DNA of 64,000 nt from Eledone cirrhosa (lineage: Eukaryota). Made by a program: the position numbers and the translations under genes. The DNA is taken from the NCBI GenBank assembly GCA_964016885.1, contig OZ024740.1, positions 222,270,001 to 222,334,000 on the forward strand, in the 5' to 3' direction. The notes under the pieces were generated by a model that made no database searches, was not told the origin of the DNA, and saw nothing but the letters and a program-made list of their open reading frames with translations. Numbering within the stretch: the stretch's first letter is position 1; the number at the start of each line of letters is the position of its first letter. Shown one piece after another: positions 15,829 through 30,489 of the stretch.

Positions 15829-16137
15829 AATAATTGTTTCTACTTTTGGCACAAGGCCAGCAATTACCCAGTACATTACTGGTACTTTATTTTATCGACC
15901 CTGTAAGGATGAAAGGCAAAGTTAACCTCGGCGGGATTTAACAAAACAGTTAATAATTGTTTCTACTTTAGACACAAGGCCAGCATAACCCCCAGTGCAT
16001 TACTGGTGTTTTATTTGATCGATCCGGTAAGGATGAAAGGCAAAGGTAACCTCGGCGGGATTTGAACTAAGAACGTAAAGGGCTATAACTCTATGCTTCA
16101 AAGCATGGTGTCGAATGCTCTACCGATACTGCTAACC
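15829..16137 (-). mobile_element. two tandem copies of the main SINE (one 5'-truncated)
   Basis: Reverse-complement tail and core occur at 15829-15940 and 15953-16137. Confidence 0.85.
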
Positions 16138-17059
16138 GACAACCATAAATAATATGCAAGAAACTCGATGAAACTTTCAGCCTGCGGCCACATGCACCCT
16201 TGGTGTAAATATATGTTTCTGTATGAGAGAATGGAGCATGTTTGCGTATAAGTATCTGAGTATATGGGTGGGTATGTGAGCACGCATGTGTCTGTGTTTA
16301 TGTAATAATTTGCGTGTATGCACTTGTGTAGTGGAAGTGTACGAGTATGTGCGCGTGTGAATGTATGGGTATGTGTGCATGTAAAGAAGCAGGTATGTGT
16401 GCATGGATGTGTACGAGTGTGTTTTCATGTAAGTGTGAAAGTATATGTCTATAGACGAGTGCGGGTGTGTTTTCATGTAAGTGATCAGTTAAATGTGCAT
16501 AGAAGTGTGCAAGCGTGTTATCATCTAAGTGAGAACGTATATGTAAATAGCAGTGTGCAGCGATATTTTCATGTAAATGTGAAGATATATGTACGTGTAA
16601 GTGAGCGGGTATGTGTGTGCGGAAGCACGTCCATATGTGTACGATTATGTGCACGCGTTTGTATGTGTGAGCATTCAGAAATATAAGAAATATAACAATA
16701 TAGAGTTTTTCTTAATACTCTAAATTTAAAAAGTATATAACAAATAAAGATATATTATTGGATCCGCTTAATTACTATATGGATATTGATTAAATAAATG
16801 TGTTCGATCAATGCCGAGAAATCTCTAGTGATAGCACCTGTTTCTAAAAGTTATAAGTAATGTCTCAAGTACTCTAAAGGGTATATCATTGATAACATTT
16901 GGAAAATTATATAAAACTTGTTGACATCACTAGGTTAAAAGAGAAGAGATATGATGCAATAAAAACAAAATAAAAATTAACATAGTATAGCTAATATGGT
17001 TCAATTGGACAAATTAAGTGACTGGAATATATATTATATATATGTATATATATAAACAT

Positions 17060-17212
17060 AGGCGGCGAATAGGTAGAGTCGTTAGAGCGACGGATAGAAT
17101 CCATTGTGGAATTCGTTTCTGCTCTCTGAGTTCAAATCCCGCCGACGTCAACTTTGCCGTTCATCCATTCAAGGTCGATAAAAAAAGTACCAGTTTAGTA
17201 CTGGGGTCGATT
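17060..17212 (+). mobile_element. older subfamily copy of the main SINE
   Basis: GGCGGCGAATAGGTAGAG...GAGTTCAAATCCCGCCGACGTCAACTTTGCCGTTCATCC. Confidence 0.75.
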
Positions 17213-17399
17213 CTACCTCTATACATCTGTTTCGCTTCCATTCACTCACTCACTATCCTTCTCTGGAAGAAATCTGCTATATTCGAACCTGGAGAGAAAA
17301 TGGGCTCCAACAAGTTTTAAAATTCCCTGGGAACACCGTATGTAATAACGGTGCCCCTACGATTCCTCCAGGAGTTACCCGACCATACATATATATATA

Positions 17400-17720
17400 A
17401 ACGCGCCTGGGTTGAGTTAGAGCGTTGGGTTCACACTCATTAGATATGTGACTTCGATTGCCGGACACGGCGGTGGGTTGTGTCCTTGAGAAAGACATTT
17501 TATTTCACGTTGCTCCAGTTCACTTAGATGGATAAATGTTGCGAGGTCACCTTCTGCTGCCAAGCTGTGTCGGCCTTTGCCTTTCCCTAGGAGGGGTGAC
17601 TGACATGCATGGGTAACTGCTGATCTTCCACAAAAACACAACGCTTGGGTTTATGCCTCAGAGGAGAACTTTCTAGGTACTAAAGCTATGTACATTCGTA
17701 ATCAAAGTGAGTTCTTTACG
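17400..17720 (+). mobile_element. tRNA-derived SINE, second family
   Basis: Head GTTAGAGCG...TTCGATTGCCGG, then TGTGTCCTTGAGAAAGACATTTTATTTCACGTTGCTCCAG, which is the reverse complement of the motif at 11490-11530. Confidence 0.6.
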
Positions 17721-17829
17721 TTTAACCTATGAATATAATAGGAAAAGTGTCTTAACGTTTCATTAGAAGAAAGTATAAAGAATATAAGAAGAAATAGAAA
17801 GATAGGGAGTGGGGAAAAAGAAACAGAGA

Positions 17830-17859
<30 letters not shown>

Positions 17860-17864
<5 letters not shown>

Positions 17865-18042
17865 ATAATAATAAATTTGAAGACTATAGAAGAGGGCTCG
17901 ATAAGGATAAATATATATCAAATATATAAGAACCGTAGAGCAAATATTTACGTTTACAGATTGACTTTGTTAGTTTCAGAAGATCCCGTTAAGGGTGAAA
18001 GCAGCGATTCTGTACTTAAACTTTAATCTGTTATTTTAATAT
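17860..18042. mobile_element. (TA)n-embedded repeat family B with variant hammerhead (other copies 20933-21048, 21530-21735, 30358-30445)
   Basis: Copies share the blocks TAGTAATAATAATAAA..GAAGACTA..AAGAGGGCTCGATAAGG and TTTCAGAAGATCCCGTTAAGGGTGAAAGCAGCGATTCT. Each copy lies between TA tracts. Confidence 0.7.
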
Positions 18043-18503
18043 ATATATATATATATATTAGGTATAAACCGAAGTTGTAACTGCCGTACTAGTCGAGTTG
18101 TTTGAGGTAATCGAAAATCAAAATTAATGCATTATTGTCCAGAGTAAATACAACAGTTGAAAAGTGTGGCACCAAGAAAAACGACCGAAGGTAATGACTA
18201 TATGAATATTCACTTATATTAAGGCTAAAATGCGAGTGTTGTGACTTAAGAGCTGGCTTGTTTATCACAAAATGAATATTAAAACTCTACTCCTTTCTTT
18301 CAGCCGTCAACCACATACGGATATATATATATATTTGAATATCTAGGGTAAAAATGATGCTGTCGTCCGTATCTAACAGATTCATGGTTCGAGTCCCATA
18401 GGTAACCCCATTTAGGGGTTTACATGTTCAGGGAAATTGGAACGTTATTCACGGAAGGTTCCTTAAACCCTGATGAAGAGACTTTTAGGTCCCGAAATAT
18501 ACA

Positions 18504-18573
<70 letters not shown>

Positions 18574-18657
18574 TAGATAGATATAGATATATACATAGAT
18601 ATATATACGTATATATATATAGGGTTCTTAACCCCACTATCAGGCTAAATAATTGTA

Positions 18658-18765
<108 letters not shown>

Positions 18766-18888
18766 CATGAATGAGTGTCTTGCTACAATCATTTTCTGAA
18801 AAGAGTGACTAATTCTCCGATAAAAATGACTAATTTTCCGACAACTTTTTGCCGCTGTGTGTATGTACATATATAAATATATATTTGA

Positions 18889-19090
18889 GAAAAAGGAAAA
18901 TAATGACTTCACTTGTAGTGTTAAATAATTTGATTTAATTTTATAATATTATAATATTATAATATTATAATATTATAATATTATAATATTATAAAATTAA
19001 ATCAAATTATTGAACACTGCAAGTGAAATCATTCTTTTCCTTTTTTTCTAATATACCTAACTGTACCAAGGATCTCACACCTTTTCCAAT
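18889..19090. repeat. palindromic insertion in (TA)n with central (TATAATAT)n
   Basis: Arms 18889-18945 and 18991-19048 are near-perfect reverse complements. Confidence 0.8.
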
Positions 19091-19132
19091 ATATATATAT
19101 ATACATATATATACATATATATACATATATAC

Positions 19133-19214
<82 letters not shown>

Positions 19215-19662
19215 AAATTATTTTTGAAAAGCATTTAAAAATGCGCAACCGGTAAAAACTTAAAAACTTAAAACCACAACTGAATACTAACCCATACAAT
19301 CACTAATACTCTTTTATTCCTAATTAAACCATTTTTCAACTGTGAACAATTTGTCAGCATTTTCTATTCCGTTTACCAATATATAAATATATATATACAT
19401 ATATATACATATATGTATATATACATATATATATATATACATATATATATATACATATATACATATATATATACATATATATATATATACATATATATAT
19501 TACATTATATTAAATTATATTATATATTGACGAGGTTATAGGAAATATATTCGTTACATCTCGATTAATCACAATACTCACTGAATGAGATTTGGTTTGA
19601 ACGTATAATCGACTAAACATGTCTCAGAGTGTTAACCGAATGTATATTCGTAATGTAGTAGT

Positions 19663-19718
<56 letters not shown>

Positions 19719-19834
19719 TGTGCGTGTGTGCGTGTGTGCGTGTGTGTGTGTGTGTAAAGAGAGAGAATTAGAGATAGTGTGCGTGAGACTGAGTGTGAGA
19801 GAGAGAAATATATATAAATATATATATATATAAC

Positions 19835-20005
19835 TAAGGAATTGTGGTAAGGAACCAGGTGGACCATAACACATGAGAGTACTCAATATTTAGGGTAGTA
19901 GAGTGGGTAATAGGAAAAGGTATGACCCCGACAACAGAGCTCAAGCCGTTTCGACGGCTATTCGAAACGGCTTGAAATCTACCGTCGGGGTCATACCTTT
20001 TCCTA
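19835..20005. mobile_element. (TA)n-embedded fold-back repeat family A (other copies 20804-20898, 21808-21929, 27522-27689, 29509-29668)
   Basis: Copies share the tail GTCGGGGTC.TGACTCTTTTCCTATTACCCACTCTACTAC.CTAAGTATTGAGTACTCTGGTGCGTTATGGTCCACCTGG. Each copy has a short inverted second arm. Confidence 0.8.
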
Positions 20006-20029
20006 AATATATATATATATATACAGAGA

Positions 20030-20073
<44 letters not shown>

Positions 20074-20575
20074 GACCATGAGTTAACAGACTCATAGATG
20101 CATCCAGGAAGGCTGAAAGTCTGTTAAATGAAACCTGGTGAAAATATTTATTATATTTAATGTATTAAAGCTTATTTTATAATTTAATATAATTTTAAAC
20201 ATTTACAGTGGATACGTTACACATAGATACAGATAAAACATGAGATGGGCACAGTAGAAATATCTTTGATCAGAGCTGACCAGTGGCTAAACAACAACAT
20301 TAACTTAGTCTCAGTTTATTTTCGTCTAGCAATATTTCACAATTCCTAATCTCTGTTATTTTTCATTTATTCCTCTTTCCATTCTTTTACTTTCTTTCTA
20401 TTCAGTCGCTATCTATCTTCTTCACTTTCCCACTCTCCATCTATTCCTCCCTTTTCTTTATTCTTCTTCCTCTCCTCTTCTCTCTCACTCTCTATATACA
20501 CACACCAACACACACACACACACACACACACAACGACACACACACACATATATGTAGATATATATATATACATAT

Positions 20576-20623
<48 letters not shown>

Positions 20624-20624
<1 letters not shown>

Positions 20625-20803
20625 ACTGTTTCTACTTTTGGCACAAGGCCAGAAAATTCGCCAGTGTATTACTGGTACTTTATTTTATCGACCCCATAAG
20701 GATGAAAGGCAAAGTTAACCTCGGCGGGATTTGAACTCAGAATGGCAAGGGCCGTAACTCTATGCGTCAAAGCATGGCGTCCGACCCTCTACTGATACTG
20801 CCA
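20624..20803 (-). mobile_element. main SINE
   Basis: Full reverse-complement match to the SINE consensus. Confidence 0.88.
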
Positions 20804-20895
20804 ACGAAGGAGGTGTGGTAAGGAACCAGGTGGACCATAACGCACCAGAGTACTCGATACGGCCGGAACTCAGAAGTCGGGGTCCTGACTCTTTT

Positions 20896-20939
<44 letters not shown>

Positions 20940-21162
20940 TAACAGTTTAAATTTTAAGCAAAGAATCGCTGCTTTCACCCTTAACGGGATCTTCTGAAAC
21001 TATCGAACCATCTTTGGAATTTAGTCTTCACATTTATTATTATTACTATATATATATATATATATATATAGTGGAAAAAATGAAATTTCATTTCTCACTC
21101 TTAGTACGGCTGATATTCAAATATACGTATGTATACATAGATACATATATGTATACAGACGT

Positions 21163-21214
<52 letters not shown>

Positions 21215-21328
21215 GTACGTATGGGTTTACCGAACTTTTATTATAATGCTCGGTTTGTTTGTAAACAAACATCCCGAAATTGTAGCCGTACAGTGTTCGA
21301 TCATATATATATATATATATATATATAG

Positions 21329-21517
21329 TAATTGTTTCTACTTTAGGCACAAGGCCAGCAATTACCCAGTGCATTACTGGTACTTTATTTTATCGACCCC
21401 GTAAGGATGAAAGGCAAAGTCAACCTCGGCGGGATTTGAACTCAGATCGTAAAGGGACGTAACTATGCTGGAAAGCATGGCGTCCGACCCTCTACCGATA
21501 CTGCCAATCCAGCGCCC
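21329..21517 (-). mobile_element. main SINE, full length, young
   Basis: Near-consensus sequence, including the head CTGCCAATCCAGCGCCC. Confidence 0.9.
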
Positions 21518-21727
21518 TTATATATATATAGTAATGATAATAAATGTGAAGACTAAAATCAAAAGAGGGCTCGATAAGGATAAATATATATCAAATATAT
21601 AAGAACCCTAGAGCAAATATTTATTAAAATATCAAATTAAATTTTAAGCAAAGAATCGCTGCTTTCATCCTTTCAGAAGATCCCGTTCAGGATGAAAGCA
21701 GCAATTCTTTGCTTAAATTTTAATCTG

Positions 21728-21807
<80 letters not shown>

Positions 21808-22227
21808 GAAAAGAGACAGGGCCCCGATCATAACCCTAACCCTAAGCCTTACCCACTCTACTACTCTAAGTATTGACTACTCTGGCGCGTTATGGTCCAC
21901 CAGGTATTTTACATCCACCTTCTTTGTTATATATATATATAAATAAAAAATATAAGCTTTCACCCGAAAGATTATATTTCTAATTTCAAACTCGCTCACT
22001 ATTTCAAACCATACTTACTTGATATATATATATATACAGTATATATATTTACTTGTTCTCCTTCCCCCTTTTTTCTAAACGTATTTCCACACACCCTCTG
22101 AACTCTCTTCCTAACCTATTTACTCCTGAAGAAGGGCTTATCTCCGAAACGCCCCCCCCCCTACTCTCAAAAGCGTGAACCTAATAAATCTTTATTTGCC
22201 TCTCTGTTTTGTTCCCGTGTAAATTTG

Positions 22228-22283
<56 letters not shown>

Positions 22284-22351
22284 ATATATATATGTTGTTT
22301 AGACAGTACCTTGCTCACAAGTGTCTTTTTTAAGCTTCATATCATATCTCC

Positions 22352-22431
22352 CCATGTCTTTATCTGATGAGAACGCAAATATCGTCGCTGGATGAAATTT
22401 GTTTTTGAAATGCGCATAATAATATACATGG
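22352..22431 (+). ncRNA. type I hammerhead motif in a short (TA)n-flanked insertion (22293-22460)
   Basis: Reads CCATGTCTTTAT-CTGATGA-GAACGCAAAT...ATTTGTTTTT-GAAA-TGCGCA-TA-ATAATATACATGG. Helix I is CCATGT/ACATGG plus TAT/ATA, and helix III is palindromic (ATGCGCAT). Confidence 0.65.
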
Positions 22432-22651
22432 ATATTTTTTAACCATCTTTTAATTTCCTCTTATATATATATATTATTGTTATTACTATTAAGGGCCTAG
22501 GAACTTACGTTTCGTTAGAATGGGAGACCAAGGAAAACTTACTCCTCCTAATCAATTAATCGTACGTAGCTCTATATCTTGGGTATATTTACCTAGTTAT
22601 TACCGCCACACACACACACACATATATGTATATATACACTTACACACACAC

Positions 22652-22717
<66 letters not shown>

Positions 22718-22829
22718 ATATATTTTATAGTTGAGACAGTAAACAAAAAACAAAAAATCAATGTGGAAGCGAAGAGGCAGTACAAAATGTTAATCACGCT
22801 TGAGAGTGGGGGGGGGGTGTATGTATATA

Positions 22830-22874
<45 letters not shown>

Positions 22875-23634
22875 TTATATATTTATATATATATAATGCA
22901 AAATCAACCGTGAAAATCTCAATGAGGAAAGTTATGACAATTATTGTTAGGTTCATACATCTACGAAAAGAAACGAGTGTGGCAGAGAAGCCCGGAGAAA
23001 TAAAAAAAGGAGGACCAGATATGGGTGGGGGGGGATTCCGTAGGAGTGCAGTGGACAGGGATGTAGAGTTTTATTATTTTCTTGAATAACGCTGTGCATG
23101 TAGTAGTTGTAGCAGAGCGTCCGAGGCTATCAGTGATGCTGGTGAGTGTGTGCGTATGTGCAAGTGTGTGTGTGTGTATGTGTTTGCGTGCGCATGTGTG
23201 TATGTGTTTGTGTGTGCGACAGTGGAGCATCATTTGACTGTGTGTAGGTGTGTATGTGTATGTGTATGTGTATGTGTGTATGTGTGTGTGTGTGTATGTG
23301 AGAGTGCATTCAAGTGTGTGCACATCGTGTTGTGTGTTCGCTATGTATATCAATGAAGCATGTGTTTGTGAGTGAACCAGGGTACACTGGTATGTGTGAT
23401 TATCGAGCGCTGCATATCTAGTGTATGTGTGTTTTATATGTGTTTATATTGGAGCATGTGTGTGTATTTGTGCCTATCTCTATGATTAGTATGTGCGAGT
23501 GGGAGGTGTCCGCGTTATGAAGGTGTCTGTGTGGGGATTTGAGTATATTTGCGTGTGTGTATGCGTGTGCGTGCACAATACAGAAATACGTCCGTGTAAA
23601 AGGAGTATATCATGTAAAAGGTGGTTATTTAGAG

Positions 23635-23856
23635 CAGACATGTCAAACATGCGACCCTCGGGCTGCATTCGGCCCTTTACAAGCACACCTTAGGGCCGCA
23701 CAAAGAATTTTACAGCGCGAGCCTGTTTTATCTTCTTAACGTGTAATAACAAAAATTAGTTGTAATGTGCGCAATTAGTTGTCAATTAGTGTGACCCTGA
23801 AACAACACATATGGGACCTATGTGGCCCTCGGAGGACCCTAAGTTTGACATGCCTG
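23635..23856. mobile_element. hAT (Charlie-like) MITE
   Basis: TIRs CAGACATGTCAAAC / GTTTGACATGCCTG, with an 8-bp TSD ATTTAGAG (23627-23634) / ATGTAGAG (23857-23864). Confidence 0.85.
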
Positions 23857-26154
23857 ATGTAGAGAAGCTAATGCGAGGTAGGAAATAAAGGTAAATGATC
23901 GAGACAGCGGTTGTGCAGTTGTTGATGGTACTGTGGTTAGATGGAAAGCGGGGCAGTTGTTAGAAATATAAGTGACAGCCAGAAGAATTCTAAAAGACAT
24001 AGAATTGGAGATTTATATAATCCTGGGGTTAGATGACACATTTTAGTAGTACGATTGATGGGATCGAAAACGGAGTGTTAATAGCGTCAACGTAAGGTTA
24101 GGTGTGTGTGTGAGTATGTGTGTATGCATGGGTGTATATTGTGTGGGTGTGTGCTTAAGAAAAGTCAATATATATATGTGTGTAGAGGTATGTGTGTGTG
24201 TGTGTTTGTGCATAAGAAATGTCAATATGTGTAGGTGTATAGGAAATAGCAATATATATATGCATGAGTTTGTGTGGGTGTGAACATTTCTGTGATGCCA
24301 ACTTTATATTACAACCATTCCATTTGTGTCGAAAAGGCAGAGAGACCTTTGTTTAACACCACGATGGGCTTTACGTGGTGTTCTCGAGTGATAGATTTTC
24401 CTTTACACAATCTAAAATCGCTCCAGATTTCATACCTCTGGTTTATACAGATATAATAGATGAGCAATCTAATTTAATATGAATGGTCACACCGTGGTCA
24501 GGTTTAATATTTAAGGAGTTTGTCTTAAACATAACTCACACATTAAATCAGGTATACATGTTTATGCAACATAGCTTTCAATAATAGATACTATTACTAT
24601 ACTGTAAATGCCCAATCCTTACCTCACCAATCAGCCTATGACACTTGAAATCACTCTATATATCCACACATGGGATTTTTACAATCTAAAGAATCAGTAT
24701 ACTGAGCAATCATAATTTCTTCCCACGGCATTTAAATGAATTATACAGGTTTAACAACCAGTACTTTCAAGGCGCGTTGTCTTCAACATTTCCACTCAAT
24801 CACACCAAAGAATCGGAACTGGGACAATTACATGAATCTGTCACAGCCCGTCTAAAGTCTCACTTACCAGACGCTGATATCGCCTTCCATAACCTGCCGT
24901 AACATTTATAAAGTAACACAATACTCTAACAGAGCTCGGTTCTGATAATTTCGAAATGCTAAAGCTGCCGGGGGCACCTATTAATTAGACACAAGATGTT
25001 CTGTTCAATTTTCACGACAGGTAAACGTTTCATTTTGGAAGACACCTAAAGTTCTTTGACGCCCAAATGTCACAACCCATAAAAATTAATTTTGAAATAT
25101 AAGCTTTAGCGGGTTCCAAACAGTTTTTCAGCATATTTATCCTTAAAGGTGAGGAGACTAAATTGTCTCTTTAACAATACACACAAATTCAGTTCACATG
25201 ATCAGTTTTAACCAATGGCAAACAATCTCAAAAATGAAACTACGGGCAAAACATTTTTCGTCATCTTTCTCAATACAATTTGAGGGGCCACATACACATA
25301 TGTTGGGTGTGTGGTTAGCGAATAACGATTCAGTGAATTCACTTACTCTTTACAAATGATTCATTCGAAGTGACAGCCAATAAATGACTAGATGAAACTT
25401 GCAACTGAAAACTCAGCTTTTATTGATATATCTTTGTTCGAATATAGCTATCAAAGCAAGTTGTAATTGTGTTTACGGAAACAGATCCTGTCCTAACACT
25501 AATAAGTATTTCACACATACTTGTTTTGTGTGATTTTAACTCTGTTCCATATTTATCATACAGACTTACTGTCGCAACTCTGAATACTCTAAGTTATTCT
25601 TAACTATTTACTGAAGATTTTATGAGCATATGCCTCTTATTAGATGAACCGGAACGTTTATATTTAACACCTCCCCCTCTCTCTCTGCATATATATATAT
25701 ATATATATGTATAACATTCTTTGTCTCTCTGTCTGTTTGTCTGTCTTTTCATTATGCTTTCTCAAATGGCTCGACCAAATCAAATCAAAGTTTACAAGAT
25801 AATTGTATTACACCCCGGGATTAATAACATGTCATTTTTATTTTCATTTGGATTAAAACAATATAACATTTTATCTAAAATATTCATTTATAATACTACG
25901 ACGACGACAAGAGCGTCACATTTTGTATATGAGTGTATGTGTTTGTGAGTGTGTGTGTTTACACGTTCGTTACGTACGTTAGGCCTTATTAAGTTACATA
26001 CATATACATCTTCACGTAAATATTTAATCAGATACACAAAGAATTAACACACATCTACACATATGATGACTGACAAGTATATATGTGTGAGTGTATCTGA
26101 GAGTGTATGCGTGTGTGAGTATACATACACTTCTGTGATGACTGACAACGAAAC

Positions 26155-26485
26155 TTGGGGGTGAAACTGTGTGTATGTGTATGCATGTATGTCTGTGTGT
26201 GTTTTTTTATAAGTGTATGTGTGTCTGTTCGTAGGTGAAACTATGTGTGTGTTTGTATGAATGTATGTCTGTGTGTGTTTTTTTATAAGTGCATGTTTGT
26301 GTGTCTGTTCGTGGGTGAAACTGTGTGTGTGTTGGTATGAATGTGCGGCTGTGTGTGTTTTTCATAAGTGTATGTTTGTGTGAGTGTATGTGTGTTGTTC
26401 ATGGGTGAAACTCTGTGTGTGCTTGTATGAATGTATGTCTATGTGGTATTTTTGTAAGTGTGAGTGTATGTGTGCCTGTTCGTTT
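26155..26485. repeat. ~68-bp GT-rich minisatellite inside the Helitron
   Basis: The unit GGTGAAACT(G/A/C)TGTGTGT...GTATGAATGTATGTCT...ATAAGTG..GTTCGT repeats 4-5 times. Confidence 0.7.
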
Positions 26486-26743
26486 ACATTTATATTCTCA
26501 TACCGTTAAATTAGCAGTTAATAAATTTTTTAATATTTCGTTAATTTGCTATATTTGGTTAATTTACACTGCATACATAAATAATAATTAATATATATGT
26601 CTTTTGGATGTTGACACTTATTTGTTTACAATGTTGAAAAAAAAATGTTTTTATTCTAAACTTTCTCTCATACTTACAACTGTTCCATTTGTATTTAAGA
26701 AGCTTCAGCTTGCAGGCAAACTAAGTTTTATTATTTCAATTAA

Positions 26744-27128
26744 CGGTGGATTGGCAGTATCAGTGGAGGGTCGGACGCCATGCTTTCCCGCATAGTTACG
26801 CCCCTTTACGATCTGAGTTCAAATCCCGCCGAGGTTGACATTGCCTTTCATCCTTACGGGGTCGATAAAATAAAGTACCAGTAATGCACTGAGTAATTGT
26901 TGGCCTTGTGCCGAAAGTAGAAACAATTATTTCAATTAACGGTGGATTGGCAGTATCGGTAGAGGATCGGACGGCATGCTTTGACGTATAGAGTTACGGT
27001 CCTTACCATTCTGAGTTCAAATACCACCGAGGTTAACTTTGTCTTTCATCTTTACGGAGTCGATAAAATAAAGTACTAGTAATGCACTGGGTAATTGCTG
27101 GCCTTGTGCCAAAAGTAGAAACAATTAT
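26744..27128 (+). mobile_element. two tandem main-SINE copies inserted in the Helitron helicase remnant
   Basis: Copies lie at 26744-26928 and 26940-27128. TTATTTCAATTAAC appears before, between and after them. Confidence 0.9.
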
Positions 27129-27477
27129 TTCAATTAACAAACTTCAGCGTCAATTCCTCAAGGTATTTGGACTTGATCTCTCTACTACGTTTCTCCGCAG
27201 TCAACTCTATGTTGGTTGCTCACGAGTTGAAAGCAGCAACAATTTATTCATTTGGACACCAACAAAAAATTGCACGATGAATATTGTTTAGTCTGAGCTG
27301 CTTCAAGATTGACAGATTTTCATTTATAAATTATATAATCATTACAATTTTGATATTTTAAAAATAAAATATAGATATTTTGAAATAATCATGAGAAGAA
27401 AATATATCTTCATATTTACTGTTAACTTATCTGAATAAGAACAGCAGTAACCCGGGCAATGCCGGGTCATTCAACTA

Positions 27478-27525
<48 letters not shown>

Positions 27526-27687
27526 AGTCGGGAATATCCGACAGTTAGATCCGAAGGCTGTCGGATCTAGCTGTCGAAACGGCCGGGGTCCTGATTCTTT
27601 TCATATTACCCACTCTACTACACTAAGTATTGAGTATTCTGGTGTGTTATGGTCCACCTGGTATCTGACCACACCCTCTTTGTTATG

Positions 27688-28198
<511 letters not shown>

Positions 28199-28413
28199 GT
28201 TAAATATAATCTACCTACCTATCAATCTCACTACATATGTATATATGTATCTACCAATCTCTATCTCTCTATCTCTATCTATCTATGCATCTATCTCTTT
28301 TACTCTCTCTCTCTATATATATTTATATATATAAATATATAGCTGTGTACATGTGCGTGTGTGTGTGCGCGCGTGTGTGTGTATGTGTGTGTTTGTTTGT
28401 ATGTGTGTGTGTA

Positions 28414-28479
<66 letters not shown>

Positions 28480-29665
28480 TGTCGGAGAAAGATAGAGAAA
28501 GAGAATATCTATATATGTGTATTTCTCTTGTGTAGCTGAATGGCACAATTGCCAAGGCGTAGAAAATAAGTCTTACAGATAGAAGACTTGATGTGGTTTC
28601 TTACAAGTTGTCAAAAATAGGATGGAGATAACGTTTCTTTTTCTATGTGCAAACCTGAGTCGATCAATTTACGAATTGAAAATAAAATTAAAGTACAATT
28701 TATTAAGTTAACCCTAACCGAAATGGAACACTATTATTTATGACTGTTCTGTTACATTACATTGCTGTGTTCAAGTCTTTTATTAGGTAAAAATTCAGCT
28801 TCAAATTAGAGACGGTACATAATCTTGTTAGTGTTGCAAATTGGTCTGGACTCCGGTTGTAAATTTAGTTTGTCTGTTATGCTTTAAAGCACTTAATTGT
28901 CTCACGCCACAATATGAAATCTACGTTGGCATCGGCGTTTATTCCATCATATAAATCAATGAATATCAGTAATATATCTGACCCGATTCAATGAACTATA
29001 GTATATCCCCTAAAATATAGCCTAGTAGAAAACAATGTTCTTTGTGGAATAACCATATGTTTCTCACTTATTAAAGTCTATAATTATAGAATGTATAAAT
29101 TAGCTTCAGAAATCATTCATTTTCTAAGTATTGTATTATCTAATTTATACTTTTAATATTAGTAGTTAAGATACAATCAGAGGTCAAGATCATATTCCTT
29201 TTCTAGGTCTGAGTTGCTGTGCATCTTATATAGTATAAACTGTGTTTGATTCTTAATTCTTTCTCGTATTCCTAAACGTTTTCAATTATTTTACATAAAT
29301 TATCGATCACAATTTGCCAGAAGACTAGATTAGAGTAGGCTTTCGCACAGCTTCTGTCTATGACATTTCACTCACAAGATATAGGTTAGTGCGAAACTAG
29401 CAAAGAAACCCCCCGGTGAAGGTGCTACGGTGTGGGGCTGAACAGAAAAGCACGTGGTTGAGAAGTGAATTCCTTTAACCGCGCATCCCAGCTTTGCCTT
29501 ATATATATAGGAATATGATTGACCCCGAGGGCAGAGCTTAAGCCGTTTCGACGGTTAGAGCTCTGCGGTCGGGGTCAAACATTTTCTTATGACCCACTCT
29601 ACTACTCTAAGTATTGAGTACTCTAGTGCGTTATGGTCCATTGGTTCCTTAGCACACTTCCTTCG

Positions 29666-29719
<54 letters not shown>

Positions 29720-29722
<3 letters not shown>

Positions 29723-30220
29723 GAAGTTCAATTTAAATTGCTAGGATACAACAAGCAAATATTTTTATAACTGATATAAAGCACTCAACAAATTATTGGA
29801 GTAAAAGTACGATATATTAACAAATGGAAACTATATTTATAAAACCATATTTATTTCATTATACATATTTCAAGGACACCAAGTTAAATTATGGTGTTCT
29901 TTCATCTGATAAAATATAATATAGATCAGTTTTATAAATAAATATTGACATACCCTTAAAGAATGCGACCATTTCTGTTGGAAGCTCCCGGATAGTGGGG
30001 TTATTAAATTTATTTAGTCTATTATGCAAATTAGTGTCGGATATGTTTAAATCACAGTAGATTTAAAATATTTTTTAATATTTTTAAATATTTTTAAAAA
30101 TTATACAGCTTTAAAGTTATATTGCTTAAAATTGTATGAATATATTAAAACTATAATTCATTTTTATTTTATTTTATATATTATGTACTTTAATTATACT
30201 ATGTACTTTATATTTCTCTC

Positions 30221-30284
<64 letters not shown>

Positions 30285-30285
30285 C

Positions 30286-30358
<73 letters not shown>

Positions 30359-30447
30359 GTAATAATAATAAAATTGAAAACTAAAATCCAAAGAGGGCTC
30401 GATAAGGAAAATATATATCAAATATATAAGAACCGTTATTTTAATAA

Positions 30448-30489
<42 letters not shown>

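Larger units (their letters stand above)
25700..27478 (+). mobile_element. non-autonomous Helitron with Pif1-helicase C-terminal remnant
   Basis: A 3' hairpin ACCCGGGCAATGCCGGGT is followed by CTAG (27475-27478). The helicase relic reads PFVFKKLQL...FIISIN|KLQRQFLKVFGLDL...QLYVGCSRV...TMNIV (cf. TINKSQGQ..GQLYVA.SRV). The 5' boundary is approximate. Confidence 0.8.

Noticed and set aside
21833-21850. TAACCCTAACCCTAA telomere-like repeat (also ~28709)
   Set aside because: Only about 2 units, too short to call an interstitial telomere.
24430-24900. Possible decayed coding fragment on the minus strand
   Set aside because: I could not assign any motif with confidence.
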